Made by a program: the position numbers and the translations under genes
In this document: positions 1 through 8,491 of the stretch, piece by piece
How the letters are laid out: each line of letters begins with the position of its first letter
How positions within the stretch are numbered: the stretch's first letter is position 1
The notes under the pieces: generated by a model
Told to the model about the DNA's origin: nothing
Database searches by the model: none
What the model saw: the letters and a program-made list of their open reading frames with translations, nothing else
Assembly: GCA_045536645.1 (NCBI GenBank)
Contig: JAZSNZ010000132.1
Location: 1-42,769 of the forward strand
DNA: 42,769 nucleotides
From: Acutalibacteraceae bacterium
Lineage (GTDB): Bacteria > Bacillota > Clostridia > Oscillospirales > Acutalibacteraceae
Direction: 5' to 3'

Positions 1-19
1 GGCTCACAGAACGACATGG

Positions 20-862
20 CTACGATCCGACTTGGAGCAGGATGAGCACCACAATGGTTGCGTAGCCCGGCACATCTATGCCGATAGTCAGCTTCTGAAT
101 GATAACGACGATAAGATATATAAACGCCGCAATAGCGGAGAGGATACCTGCAACAGTGGCGAATTTAAGGGGCATGGTGGAAAAGCTGTTTATGCCGTCG
201 AAGGCATAGCGAAGGAGCTTGAAAAAGCTGAACTTGCTTTTTCCGGCGCCTCTGGGACGCACTTCATAGGGCATATAATAGGTGTTGAAGCCGACGTAGG
301 AGAAAATGCCCTTGGAAAAGCGGAAATATTCGCACATGGAAAGTATGGCATCAACAACAGGTCTGCGAAGCATGCGAAAATCGCTGGCGCCCGATTCAAA
401 GCGCACAGAGGAGGCCTTGTTGATTATAGCGTAGAAGCATCTTTTGTAAAAGGAGAGAAGGCAACCCTCGCGTCTTGTTTTCTGGGTAGCTGCAACGCAG
501 TCGTAATCGGGATTTCCCTCGAGGAACCTCAGCATTTTAATAACGGTCTGAGGAGACTGCTGCATATCTCCGTCGACGATTACGGTGTATTCGCCCTCTG
601 CGTGGGTAAGGCCTGCATACATACCTGCCTCTTTGCCGAAATTACGTGAAAAATCTATCACCTTTACGCAGTGGTCAGTGTTTTCTGCAATAGAGCGCAT
701 AACATCCATAGTGTCGTCAGTGGAGCCGTCGTTTACAAGGACAACCTCAAAATCCACATTTTCCTCGGTCATGACCTGAACTATCTCGTCAAAGAGCCGT
801 CCGATATTTTCGCCCTCGTTAAAGCAAGGTATAACAAGAGAAAGCTTTTTTGGATCCTGCAA
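20..862 (-). CDS. GT2 polyprenyl-phosphate hexosyltransferase (GtrB/CsbB/DPM1-like)
   Basis: Complete ORF with a TTG start at 860-862 preceded by GGGAG. GT-A signatures: LSLVIPCFNEGENI, VLVNDGSTDDT and a DGD (DXD) motif in VIVDGDMQQ. Two C-terminal TM helices, as is typical of GtrB-type enzymes. Confidence 0.85.
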   Translation of the reverse strand: MQDPKKLSLVIPCFNEGENIGRLFDEIVQVMTEENVDFEVVLVNDGSTDDTMDVMRSIAENTDHCVKVIDFSRNFGKEAGMYAGLTHAEGEYTVIVDGDMQQSPQTVIKMLRFLEGNPDYDCVAATQKTRREGCLLSFYKRCFYAIINKASSVRFESGASDFRMLRRPVVDAILSMCEYFRFSKGIFSYVGFNTYYMPYEVRPRGAGKSKFSFFKLLRYAFDGINSFSTMPLKFATVAGILSAIAAFIYLIVVIIQKLTIGIDVPGYATIVVLILLQVGS

Positions 863-892
863 TATAATCAGCTCCCGGAATAAGATAGATTA

Positions 893-921
893 AATATATC
901 ATTTAAGAACTTTTCAGTCAA
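893..921 (-). promoter_or_regulatory. sigma-A-like promoter for the GT2 gene (TTGACT-17-TATATT on the minus strand)
   Basis: Reverse complement reads TTGACT (916-921), a 17-nt spacer, then TATATT (893-898). It lies directly downstream of the preceding terminator. Confidence 0.4.
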
Positions 922-922
922 G

Positions 923-958
923 ATAAAAACAAGCTCCCCGAGCATGCTCGGGGAGCTT
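923..958 (-). terminator. Rho-independent terminator of the poly-Thr secreted protein gene
   Basis: Perfect 14-bp palindrome aagctccccgagca/tgctcggggagctt (931-958), followed on the minus strand by a T-run (plus-strand A-run 924-928). Confidence 0.7.
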
Positions 959-965
959 TACAATG

Positions 966-2048
966 TTAATCTCTGGGAGAACCGAAGGTGATGTAACCTG
1001 TGAAGCAGTAGCCTTTGTTTCCTTCGGGGTCGGTAACGAGATACCAATCGCCTGCCTGACCATATACAGTGACAACGGTGTGACGGGGCATTACGAGTAT
1101 CTTGCTGTGCTCAAAGCCGGGACCTGTACGAAGTCTGAGAGGCTTTATCTTGGTGTCGACAAAACCCTGTCTGGGACTTGAGAACATGACAAGCTCATCG
1201 GAAACGGCAGAGGTTGTGGTGGTTGCCTCTGTTGTCGTGGTGGTCGGCTCTGTGGTGGTTGTTGTGGTAGTCGTAGTAGTTGTAGTAGTTGTTGTGGTTG
1301 TTGTGGTTGTTGTGGTTGTGGATTCTGTAGTGGTATCCGTAGCAGAAGCACGGTCTGAGGTGGTGCTGTCAGAGCCGCTTACGAGGGAATAATGGATACC
1401 TGTGTAATCATAGGAACTGAAGGAATAAATATACTTAAGACCGTTCACCATGTATACAGGGATAACGCCGCCGTTGAGGGGAACATCGACATAAGCAGCA
1501 CCTGCGGAAACGGTATATGTGCCGATAGTGCCGTCAGAAGAAAACTCAACATCACTGCCTGTGTCAAACAGATTGTCTATACGCAGAGCAGAGGGAGTGG
1601 AGAATTTGTATTCGGGGTAAGCGACGGACAGAGAAGTGGCAAGGGTACCATGATTTGCGTGTACGGTATAGGAAATATCGCTGTAGGAAATATCTCCGCC
1701 GCTGACGATATCCGTATAGCTCATTTCGGCAAAATTCTCGTCGGAAATGATGAGGAAATCAAGCTGAGACTCTTCATTGCCTGCAAGCTGCTCGGGAAGA
1801 GTGTAGCCTGCTGCCTCGAGCTGAGCGGCAAAAGCATCTCTTGTAGCTTCGGTGAGCTTGACTTCATCAGCATATATATAGTAGGCAACACTCTTTGCAT
1901 CAGTGCCTGAAAGTGTGATGGTACCGACACTGAGAGTGCCTGCATCGGTCTCGTTGCTCTGGAGTGCCTTGACAGGCAGTGCGGCAGGAATCACCGCAGC
2001 AGCCACCAGCATGAGAGCCATGATTATACATAACAGATTTCTTTTCAT
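966..2048 (-). CDS. Secreted protein with a poly-Thr linker and a C-terminal SH3b-like domain
   Basis: Start re-called to ATG 2046-2048, which has GAAAGGAG 8 nt upstream. Signal peptide MKRNLLCIIMALMLVAAAVIPAALPVKA. Long Thr tract. C-terminal segment LRLRTGPGFEHSKILVMPRHTVVTVYGQAGDWYLV resembles bacterial SH3 domains. Confidence 0.75.
   Translation of the reverse strand: MKRNLLCIIMALMLVAAAVIPAALPVKALQSNETDAGTLSVGTITLSGTDAKSVAYYIYADEVKLTEATRDAFAAQLEAAGYTLPEQLAGNEESQLDFLIISDENFAEMSYTDIVSGGDISYSDISYTVHANHGTLATSLSVAYPEYKFSTPSALRIDNLFDTGSDVEFSSDGTIGTYTVSAGAAYVDVPLNGGVIPVYMVNGLKYIYSFSSYDYTGIHYSLVSGSDSTTSDRASATDTTTESTTTTTTTTTTTTTTTTTTTTTTTEPTTTTTEATTTTSAVSDELVMFSSPRQGFVDTKIKPLRLRTGPGFEHSKILVMPRHTVVTVYGQAGDWYLVTDPEGNKGYCFTGYITFGSPRD
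1213..1340 (-). repeat. Trinucleotide (ACN/Thr-codon) low-complexity tract inside the CDS
   Basis: The plus strand shows reiterated GTTGTGGTT / GTAGTAGTT units. It encodes TTTES-(T run)-EPTTTTTEATTTTS. I count 23 consecutive Thr codons between 1251 and 1319. Confidence 0.9.
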
Positions 2049-2153
2049 ATTCCGAACTCCTTTCATAAAGAGCATTTCTGCGAGAATATAAACTTTAGTA
2101 TATTACAGTATAGCACATCAGTTTCACTATTTCCATAGTTTTCGGGGAAAATT

Positions 2154-3659
2154 TTACTTATTTATGAAAGAAGAAAGGGGAGACAGGTCGATGCCCTGTT
2201 CATTTTCGAGAAGAGCCAGCAGTTCTTCTGCAAGTTTTTTGCAGCCGCCCACAGCATCAGACTCGAAGTTTACGGGGAGTATGGGGTCGTGAACGCTGAG
2301 ACGGACAAGGAACCAGCTTTCGCCGAGGTAAACCCTGATGCCCTCGTGATTGTCGTCAGCTATCTCCCAGCCTTCTCTCTCTCCGCAGGCCTTCTCGAGG
2401 TTTTCGAGCACTATTGTGCCGATCTCCTTGAAATTGGGCTCAGTGATCTTTATTCTGATTTCTGCTTCTTCGGCAGGAACAGCCATGTCAGCTATGAGAG
2501 AATTGAGGGTCTTGTCCTCGCTTCTGAGCTGAACGAGCTTGATAATTATAAGAGTTACCAGATAAGCACCGTCATCGAGGAAGTGGTTTTCACGAAGAGC
2601 TGCGTGACCGCTGGTCTCAATGGCAAGAGGGCAGTTGATGCCCTCGGCATTGAGCTCGATAGCCTTGCCGATAACGTTTCTGTAGCCTCTGCGGTAGCGG
2701 TAGTGCCGACCGTCCAAGGTGTTTTCAATAAATCTCTTAAGACCGAGAGAGGTAGTGGAGTCGGTGACTATAGTGCCTCCTTCGTTGCCTTCGAGAGCAA
2801 TGGCGGCTGCAAGAGCAATGAGTCTGTTGCGGTTTATCTCTTCGCCCTCGCTGTCAACAGCACCTGCTCTGTCAACGTCGGTGTCGAAAATAACGCCGAT
2901 ATCGCACTTGCCCTCAAGGGTAGCCTCGCGGATAGAGCGCATGGCCTCGGCATTCTCAGGGTTTGGAATGTGGTTGGGGAACATTCCGTCGGGCTCTAAG
3001 TATCTGCTTGCAGATACATCAGCACCAAGAGGCGCGAGAACCTTTTCTGCGTAGAAGCCGCCTGCACCGTTACCTGCGTCAACTGCTATGCGGTAGCCAT
3101 CGAGCGGCCTATCAAAGTTTTCCGCATTTACCTTTTCGCAGATAAGCTTTCTCAGGAAAGCGGAATATTCGGTCATATAATCGATCTTTGTAACAGTACC
3201 TGCGCCTGCTTCGGGCATGGCGCCCTGCTCACAGAATTCGATTATTCTGTCAAGGTCGGGAGAATCAAGACCGCCGTCGGGTGTGAAGAATTTCAGACCA
3301 TTTCGGTTGAAGGGATGATGGCTTGCAGTTATCTGCACAGAGCCGTCAAGGGAATGGTCGAGGGTTATCATAAACATGGCAGGGGTAGAGGAAAGACCGC
3401 TGTCGAGTACGGTTACGCCTGCAGCTGTCATAGTGCGGATAACCGCCGCGCTTATTCTGTCAGCAGATATTCTGCTGTCGTGACCTACTGCCATTTTAAG
3501 TTCGCTTGCTTTTTTGCCTGTCTTTTCGCAAAGCCAGAGGATAAAGCCCCTTGTTACCGCCTCACACACCTCATCGGTAAGTGCCACAGGCTCGCCGGGT
3601 ACGCCCTCACTTGCAACTGCGCGGATATCGGTTCCGCTCTTGAACTGTCTGAAATTCAT
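2154..3659 (-). CDS. Phosphohexomutase (phosphomannomutase/phosphoglucomutase family)
   Basis: 501 aa. Catalytic phosphoserine loop ITASHHPFNRNG. Metal-binding loop FDTDVDR. The overall alpha-D-phosphohexomutase four-domain length is present. Confidence 0.85.
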   Translation of the reverse strand: MNFRQFKSGTDIRAVASEGVPGEPVALTDEVCEAVTRGFILWLCEKTGKKASELKMAVGHDSRISADRISAAVIRTMTAAGVTVLDSGLSSTPAMFMITLDHSLDGSVQITASHHPFNRNGLKFFTPDGGLDSPDLDRIIEFCEQGAMPEAGAGTVTKIDYMTEYSAFLRKLICEKVNAENFDRPLDGYRIAVDAGNGAGGFYAEKVLAPLGADVSASRYLEPDGMFPNHIPNPENAEAMRSIREATLEGKCDIGVIFDTDVDRAGAVDSEGEEINRNRLIALAAAIALEGNEGGTIVTDSTTSLGLKRFIENTLDGRHYRYRRGYRNVIGKAIELNAEGINCPLAIETSGHAALRENHFLDDGAYLVTLIIIKLVQLRSEDKTLNSLIADMAVPAEEAEIRIKITEPNFKEIGTIVLENLEKACGEREGWEIADDNHEGIRVYLGESWFLVRLSVHDPILPVNFESDAVGGCKKLAEELLALLENEQGIDLSPLSSFINK

Positions 3660-3732
3660 ATTTTGACCTCCATTCTGTCTGTGTAGTATTATAGTCCCTT
3701 GGAAGCATTATGGCAAGGAGTTTTATAAAACA

Positions 3733-3761
3733 TTGCCTTTTGCGGAATAATGGTCTATAAT
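3733..3761 (+). promoter_or_regulatory. sigma-A-like promoter (TTGCCT-17-TATAAT) upstream of the mrp-like gene
   Basis: TTGCCT at 3733-3738, a 17-nt spacer, TATAAT at 3756-3761. This leaves a leader of roughly 85 nt before ATG 3853. Confidence 0.55.
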
Positions 3762-3852
3762 AGTACCCGCAAACTTAAGTTTTGCACATTTATGTATTAC
3801 CACACCTGAATATTTTAAAAGCAGGTGCCAATAAAGAAAGGAAAGAATCAAA

Positions 3853-4695
3853 ATGAGCGAATGCACACACGATTGCTCCACATGCAGTGCAAACTGCGGC
3901 TCCAGACAGAGCAATCCTGCGGACTTTCTTGAAAAGCCCCACGAATTATCCAAAATCAAAAAGGTCATAGGCGTAGTCAGCGGCAAGGGCGGCGTAGGCA
4001 AGTCTCTTGTAACGAGCCTTCTTGCAGTATCCCTTCGCAGAATGGGCTACAAGGTAGGCGTCCTCGATGCTGATATCACAGGACCTTCCATTCCTGCCGC
4101 ATTCGGCATTCACGAGCGCGCACTGGGCGATGAGAACGGAATCATTCCCGCAACCACAAAGACAGGCATAGAAGTAATGAGCCTCAATCTCCTGCTTGAA
4201 AATGAAGGCGACCCCGTTGTATGGCGTGGCCCTGTTATCGGCGGCGTTGTAAAGCAGTTCTGGACCGACGTTATCTGGAAGGACGTAGACTATCTCTTTG
4301 TTGATATGCCTCCCGGAACAGGCGACGTGGCGCTGACCGTATTCCAGTCATTGCCCGTTGACGGCATCGTGATAGTCACTTCTCCTCAGGAACTTGTCTC
4401 TATGATAGTCGAGAAGGCTGTCAAGATGGCAAAGCTCATGAATATCCCCGTACTGGGACTGGTGGAAAACTACAGCTACATCGAGTGCCCCGACTGTGGC
4501 AAGAAGATTTCCGTATTCGGAGAAAGCCACATCGATGACATCGCAGAGAGACATTCTCTGCCCATTCTCGGCAAACTCCCAATCAACACCAAGCTTGCAG
4601 CAGCTACTGATGCAGGTACAATTGAGCTCTTCGAAGGCGATTGGCTTGAAAGTGCGGTAAAGGAAATTACCGAGGGCAAGACAAAAATAGATTAA
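3853..4695 (+). CDS. mrp: Mrp/NBP35/ApbC-family P-loop ATPase (Fe-S cluster carrier type)
   Basis: Deviant Walker A SGKGGVGKS. N-terminal Cys cluster CTHDCSTCSANC. CPDCG pair in the C-terminal half. Confidence 0.85.
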   Translation: MSECTHDCSTCSANCGSRQSNPADFLEKPHELSKIKKVIGVVSGKGGVGKSLVTSLLAVSLRRMGYKVGVLDADITGPSIPAAFGIHERALGDENGIIPATTKTGIEVMSLNLLLENEGDPVVWRGPVIGGVVKQFWTDVIWKDVDYLFVDMPPGTGDVALTVFQSLPVDGIVIVTSPQELVSMIVEKAVKMAKLMNIPVLGLVENYSYIECPDCGKKISVFGESHIDDIAERHSLPILGKLPINTKLAAATDAGTIELFEGDWLESAVKEITEGKTKID

Positions 4696-4733
4696 TCATT
4701 CATCAACAAACAGAATAAAGGAGTGAACACAGC

Positions 4734-6515
4734 GTGACGACAGGCTCAGCTTTCTGGGAAACCGTGGGAGAAACAGCGAAAAACCTGTTTTTCAGCGCAA
4801 ACGGCGTGGCCTTTTTTACAAGGCTTATATTGCCGGTACTTGCGTTTGTAATCGTCTGGCGCTGTGTTCTTTCCATGCTCAGAGGCAGACAGGCTCCCGA
4901 AACATGGGCAAGGCTCCATTTTCGGGGAGTGGGGGACTGCCCTGTCAGCCACTGGGAAAACATAATAGGACGAGCCTCGGGCAGTGACATAGTGGTGGAT
5001 TTCCCCACGGTATCACGAACTCACGCAACTCTCATCAGAGAAGAAGACGGCTCGTGGACGATACACAATTTAAATGAGCGTGCACCACTTAGCATTGATG
5101 GCAAAAAGGTGACGGAAAGTGCCAAGGTGGTAAACGGCTCAACTGTGACAATAGGCGGTGTGCGAGGCACATTCTATGTGAACGATCAGAGGGAAAAACG
5201 AGCGGAAAGGGGAAACAAGGAAGTTAAAAAACGACTTCGCCCGAGGCAGACAGTGGCACTGCTTGCCGCATTCCAGCTTTTTACTGCACTGCAGATGGCG
5301 GCAGCAGGTATAGAACCTGCAAGCCTTATTGTTTGCTTTACCGTTCTTATCGGTGCAACACTTGCCTACTACATCATAATGAATATGCTGGGACGGACAG
5401 GCATTGAGGTGGAGCTCCTTGCCATATTCCTGACAACCATCGGCTTTTCTGTCTCCGCAACAGTATCCCCCGATGAGCTTTATAAGCAGATGTTCTGCTT
5501 CCTTGCAGGACTTGTTGTGTTCCTGGCACTTGGCTGGTATCTCAGAGACTTAAAGAGAGCGACTACGATACAGATGCCTCTGCTTATTCTGTCGGTTATC
5601 CTTCTTCTTGCAAACCTCGCTTTCGGCACGGTGCTAAACGGTGCGAGAAACTGGATATACATCGGCGGTGTGTCCATACAGCCCTCGGAGATAGTAAAAG
5701 TAGCATTTATCTATGTAGGCACAGCCACACTTGACAAGCTGATGACAAAGCAGAATCTTTATCTTTTCATCGGCTACTCAGCATTCTGCATCGGAATGCT
5801 GGCTATTCTCGGAGATTTCGGAACAGCGGCAATATTCTTTGTTGCTTTCCTTGTAATTGCATATATGCGTTCGGGCGACCTTACCGCCCTTGCACTTATC
5901 TGCGCAGCGGTGGGCTTTGCCGCCATACTTGCATTCAAATTCACTCCTTACATCGCATCGCGCTTTGCTTCTTGGGGTCATGTCTGGGCAGACCCCCACG
6001 GCGCAGGCTTCCAGCAGACAAGAACCATGAGTGCCGCCGCCAGCGGAGGCCTTGTGGGTGTGGGAGTCGGCAACGGCTGGCTTTCTTCCATCGTTGCGGC
6101 TGATACCGACCTTGTTTTCGGTATTCTCTGCGAAGAGTGGGGACTTGTAATAGCGCTCCTTGCAGTGTCTGGCATCGGTGCACTGGCTGTTTTTACGGTG
6201 CGCTCTGCTTCACAAGGCCGCTCAAGCTTTTATGTAATAGCTGCCTGTGCGGCAATGACGGTGCTTGCGTTCCAGACCGTTCTCAACGTCCTCGGCTCAG
6301 TTGATATCCTGCCGCTTACAGGAGTTACCTTCCCCTTTGTTTCAAACGGCGGCTCATCCCTTATCTGTTCGTGGGGCCTGCTTGCCTTTGTAAAGGCGGC
6401 GGATACAAGGAAAAATGCAAGCTTTGCAAATGCCGCACCGCGCAGATTCAAGGTGGAGATCGAAGAGGACACACCGCCAAAAAAGGTGGTAAAAAAGGCA
6501 GGTGAGCGCAAATGA
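4734..6515 (+). CDS. FHA-domain / SEDS (FtsW/RodA/SpoVE) fusion protein
   Basis: GTG start with AAGGAG 10 nt upstream. N-terminal TM helix, then an FHA core IIGRASGSDIVVDFPTVSRTHATLIREEDGSWTIHNL...TIGG. This is followed by a polytopic membrane domain of about 400 aa with SEDS-family character (GARNWIYIGGVSIQPSE, FPFVSNGGSS). Confidence 0.85.
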   Translation: MTTGSAFWETVGETAKNLFFSANGVAFFTRLILPVLAFVIVWRCVLSMLRGRQAPETWARLHFRGVGDCPVSHWENIIGRASGSDIVVDFPTVSRTHATLIREEDGSWTIHNLNERAPLSIDGKKVTESAKVVNGSTVTIGGVRGTFYVNDQREKRAERGNKEVKKRLRPRQTVALLAAFQLFTALQMAAAGIEPASLIVCFTVLIGATLAYYIIMNMLGRTGIEVELLAIFLTTIGFSVSATVSPDELYKQMFCFLAGLVVFLALGWYLRDLKRATTIQMPLLILSVILLLANLAFGTVLNGARNWIYIGGVSIQPSEIVKVAFIYVGTATLDKLMTKQNLYLFIGYSAFCIGMLAILGDFGTAAIFFVAFLVIAYMRSGDLTALALICAAVGFAAILAFKFTPYIASRFASWGHVWADPHGAGFQQTRTMSAAASGGLVGVGVGNGWLSSIVAADTDLVFGILCEEWGLVIALLAVSGIGALAVFTVRSASQGRSSFYVIAACAAMTVLAFQTVLNVLGSVDILPLTGVTFPFVSNGGSSLICSWGLLAFVKAADTRKNASFANAAPRRFKVEIEEDTPPKKVVKKAGERK

Positions 6516-7885
6516 AGAAAATAGGAATGCGCTCTGTTGTAGTGCTGTTTGTCACCGCATTTCTAATAGTCGGGCTGTGTGTCTACGTGGCAAGATACTG
6601 CTCTGACGGCGGTGACTGGATAGCATTTCCCGTAAACAAGCATATTTACAATAACGCAAATCTCACAAGAGGCACAGTAACCGATGTTTCGGGCGTTGTA
6701 CTTCTTGAAAACGATGAAAATGGGGTATCCCATTATAATCCAAGTCAGGTAGTGAGAAAGGCAACTCTCCATGCAGTGGGAGATAAAAACGGAAATATCG
6801 CAGCAGGCGCACAGATAGCGTTTGCGGATATTCTTACAGGCTACAGCGAATGGAATGGCATCTATTCTCTTGACGGGGAGGGAGCGACCCTTGCGCTGAC
6901 CATCGATGCAGGCATCAATGCTGTTGCATATGAAGCCCTTGACGGCAAAAGCGGTGTTGTAGCTGTTTATAATTACAAAACGGGTGACGTGCTGTGCATG
7001 GTAAGTGCGCCCACCTTTGACCCTGTAAATCCCCCTGCTTCCTTTGACAGCGAAAGATACGAAGGCGTTTTTGTGAACCGCTTTACCTCAGCGACCTATA
7101 TCCCCGGCTCAGTTTACAAGCTTGTAACAACCGCTGCCCTTTTGGAAGACGGTTTTAAATGGGAAAAATACACTTATACCTGCACAGGATCTGCGCCTTA
7201 CGAAGGAACAGTAGTGACCTGCCCGACAGCTCACGGTGAGCTGACTTTAGGCGAAGCACTGTCGCGTTCCTGCAACTGTGCTTATGCTGATCTCGGACAG
7301 AAGCTCGGGAAAAAAGGCATCAGCAAATATGCAAAGAAGATAAATCTTACCACAAATGATGTAACCGTCAGCGGCATTTCCACCGTCAAAGGAAGTGTCT
7401 CCATGAGCGATACGGGCGACATTGCGTGGAGCGCAATAGGTCAGGGCAACGACCTTGTAAATCCTGCATCCTTCCTGACCTTCGTCGGTTCAATCGCCAA
7501 CGAGGGAAAGGCGGAATATCCGAATCTCATACATTCCGTGCGTTCATCTCTTGGAATAAAAAAGTCCGTCGATTACGGAAAATCGGGCGGACGGTATATG
7601 AGCAAAATGACAGCTGAAACGCTTTCTGAAATGATGAGGAACAATGTTCTCAGCGAATACGGCGAGAGCCGTTTTTCAGGCATGGAGCTGTGTGCAAAAT
7701 CCGGCACGGCGGAAGTTGACGGGGCAAAAGCACACGCATGGTTTGTGGGCTTCTCGCAGAGAGAAGATTTCCCCCTTGCCTTTGTTGTAGTTGTCGAGCA
7801 TGGCGGCGGCGGAAGTAAAGTAGCAGGCGGCGTAGCTTCCAAGGTGCTTAAAAAATGCGCCTCGGAAATGGACGTTGATCTGTAA
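6512..7885 (+). CDS. Class B penicillin-binding protein (PbpA/PBP2-like transpeptidase)
   Basis: ATGA overlap with the upstream SEDS gene. N-terminal TM anchor. Motifs SVYK (SxxK), SCN (SxN) and KSGT are all present. Confidence 0.85.
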   Translation: MKKIGMRSVVVLFVTAFLIVGLCVYVARYCSDGGDWIAFPVNKHIYNNANLTRGTVTDVSGVVLLENDENGVSHYNPSQVVRKATLHAVGDKNGNIAAGAQIAFADILTGYSEWNGIYSLDGEGATLALTIDAGINAVAYEALDGKSGVVAVYNYKTGDVLCMVSAPTFDPVNPPASFDSERYEGVFVNRFTSATYIPGSVYKLVTTAALLEDGFKWEKYTYTCTGSAPYEGTVVTCPTAHGELTLGEALSRSCNCAYADLGQKLGKKGISKYAKKINLTTNDVTVSGISTVKGSVSMSDTGDIAWSAIGQGNDLVNPASFLTFVGSIANEGKAEYPNLIHSVRSSLGIKKSVDYGKSGGRYMSKMTAETLSEMMRNNVLSEYGESRFSGMELCAKSGTAEVDGAKAHAWFVGFSQREDFPLAFVVVVEHGGGGSKVAGGVASKVLKKCASEMDVDL

Positions 7886-7889
7886 AGGC

Positions 7890-8381
7890 TTATACCCTGA
7901 TTTCTGTGCGGTCGTCTATACCTGCAGCCAGCATCACACCTGCGGTCAGCAGGAGAGAAGAAATATCACAGTCACTGTCTGTCAGGGCAATAAGTTCGCA
8001 GGGCTCACGTTCCCCGTATATTGTTGGGACAGTTCGCTGCAGACATAAAAGTCCACGGCCGTTATCAAGACTTTCCGCAATGAGAGTATCCCTTGGACTC
8101 ATTCCGCAGCACACCGCAGGCAGATTGTGCCGCCCGACAAAGCGGACAGCACTGCGGCATGACGACTCAATAACCGAAACCACACCCTCGCCGAATCTTA
8201 CCTTTCGGGAGGGTGTTTTCAGATCTTTTACAACCAGGATTCCGCTGTCGAGAACAAACTCGCCCCGTCCGACATGCTCACGAAGCACAAAACCGCCGCT
8301 TAAATTTCTTTCGATAGCGCGGGCGATTCTGGTAAGCAGTGCCGATTGAGGCTTGTCGGAAAGAATGACCACAGGAAGCAA
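7890..8381 (-). CDS. Hypothetical protein, no family recognised
   Basis: Start re-called to TTG 8379-8381, with GGAG 8 nt upstream. The upstream part of the 188-aa ORF runs through an AT-rich promoter region. The opposite-strand ORF is S/R/P-rich junk. More CGG/CGA/AGG Arg codons than its neighbours. Confidence 0.45.
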   Translation of the reverse strand: MLPVVILSDKPQSALLTRIARAIERNLSGGFVLREHVGRGEFVLDSGILVVKDLKTPSRKVRFGEGVVSVIESSCRSAVRFVGRHNLPAVCCGMSPRDTLIAESLDNGRGLLCLQRTVPTIYGEREPCELIALTDSDCDISSLLLTAGVMLAAGIDDRTEIRV

Positions 8382-8413
8382 GAAAACATCTCCAAACCTT
8401 AACGAAATTTTAA

Positions 8414-8442
8414 TTGAAAAAATGCATCTAATAGTGTATAGT
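8414..8442 (+). promoter_or_regulatory. sigma-A-like promoter (TTGAAA-17-TATAGT) for the GT-C gene
   Basis: TTGAAA at 8414-8419, a 17-nt spacer, TATAGT at 8437-8442. Confidence 0.5.
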
Positions 8443-8491
8443 AGATACAGAATCATGTTTTATCAGGTTTTCATCGTGGAGGTAAATGCAC

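Noticed and set aside
32-3054. Plus-strand ORFs 32-649, 1392-1910 and 2289-2999, and the poly-Val ORF 1102-1392
   Set aside because: They are antisense to the GT2, secreted-protein and phosphohexomutase genes. The poly-Val run is simply the reverse-complement reading of the poly-Thr tract.
3723-4001. 92-aa minus-strand ORF spanning the mrp promoter and 5' end
   Set aside because: It overlaps a strong promoter and the start of a well-supported CDS on the other strand. Its composition is implausible and it has no SD.
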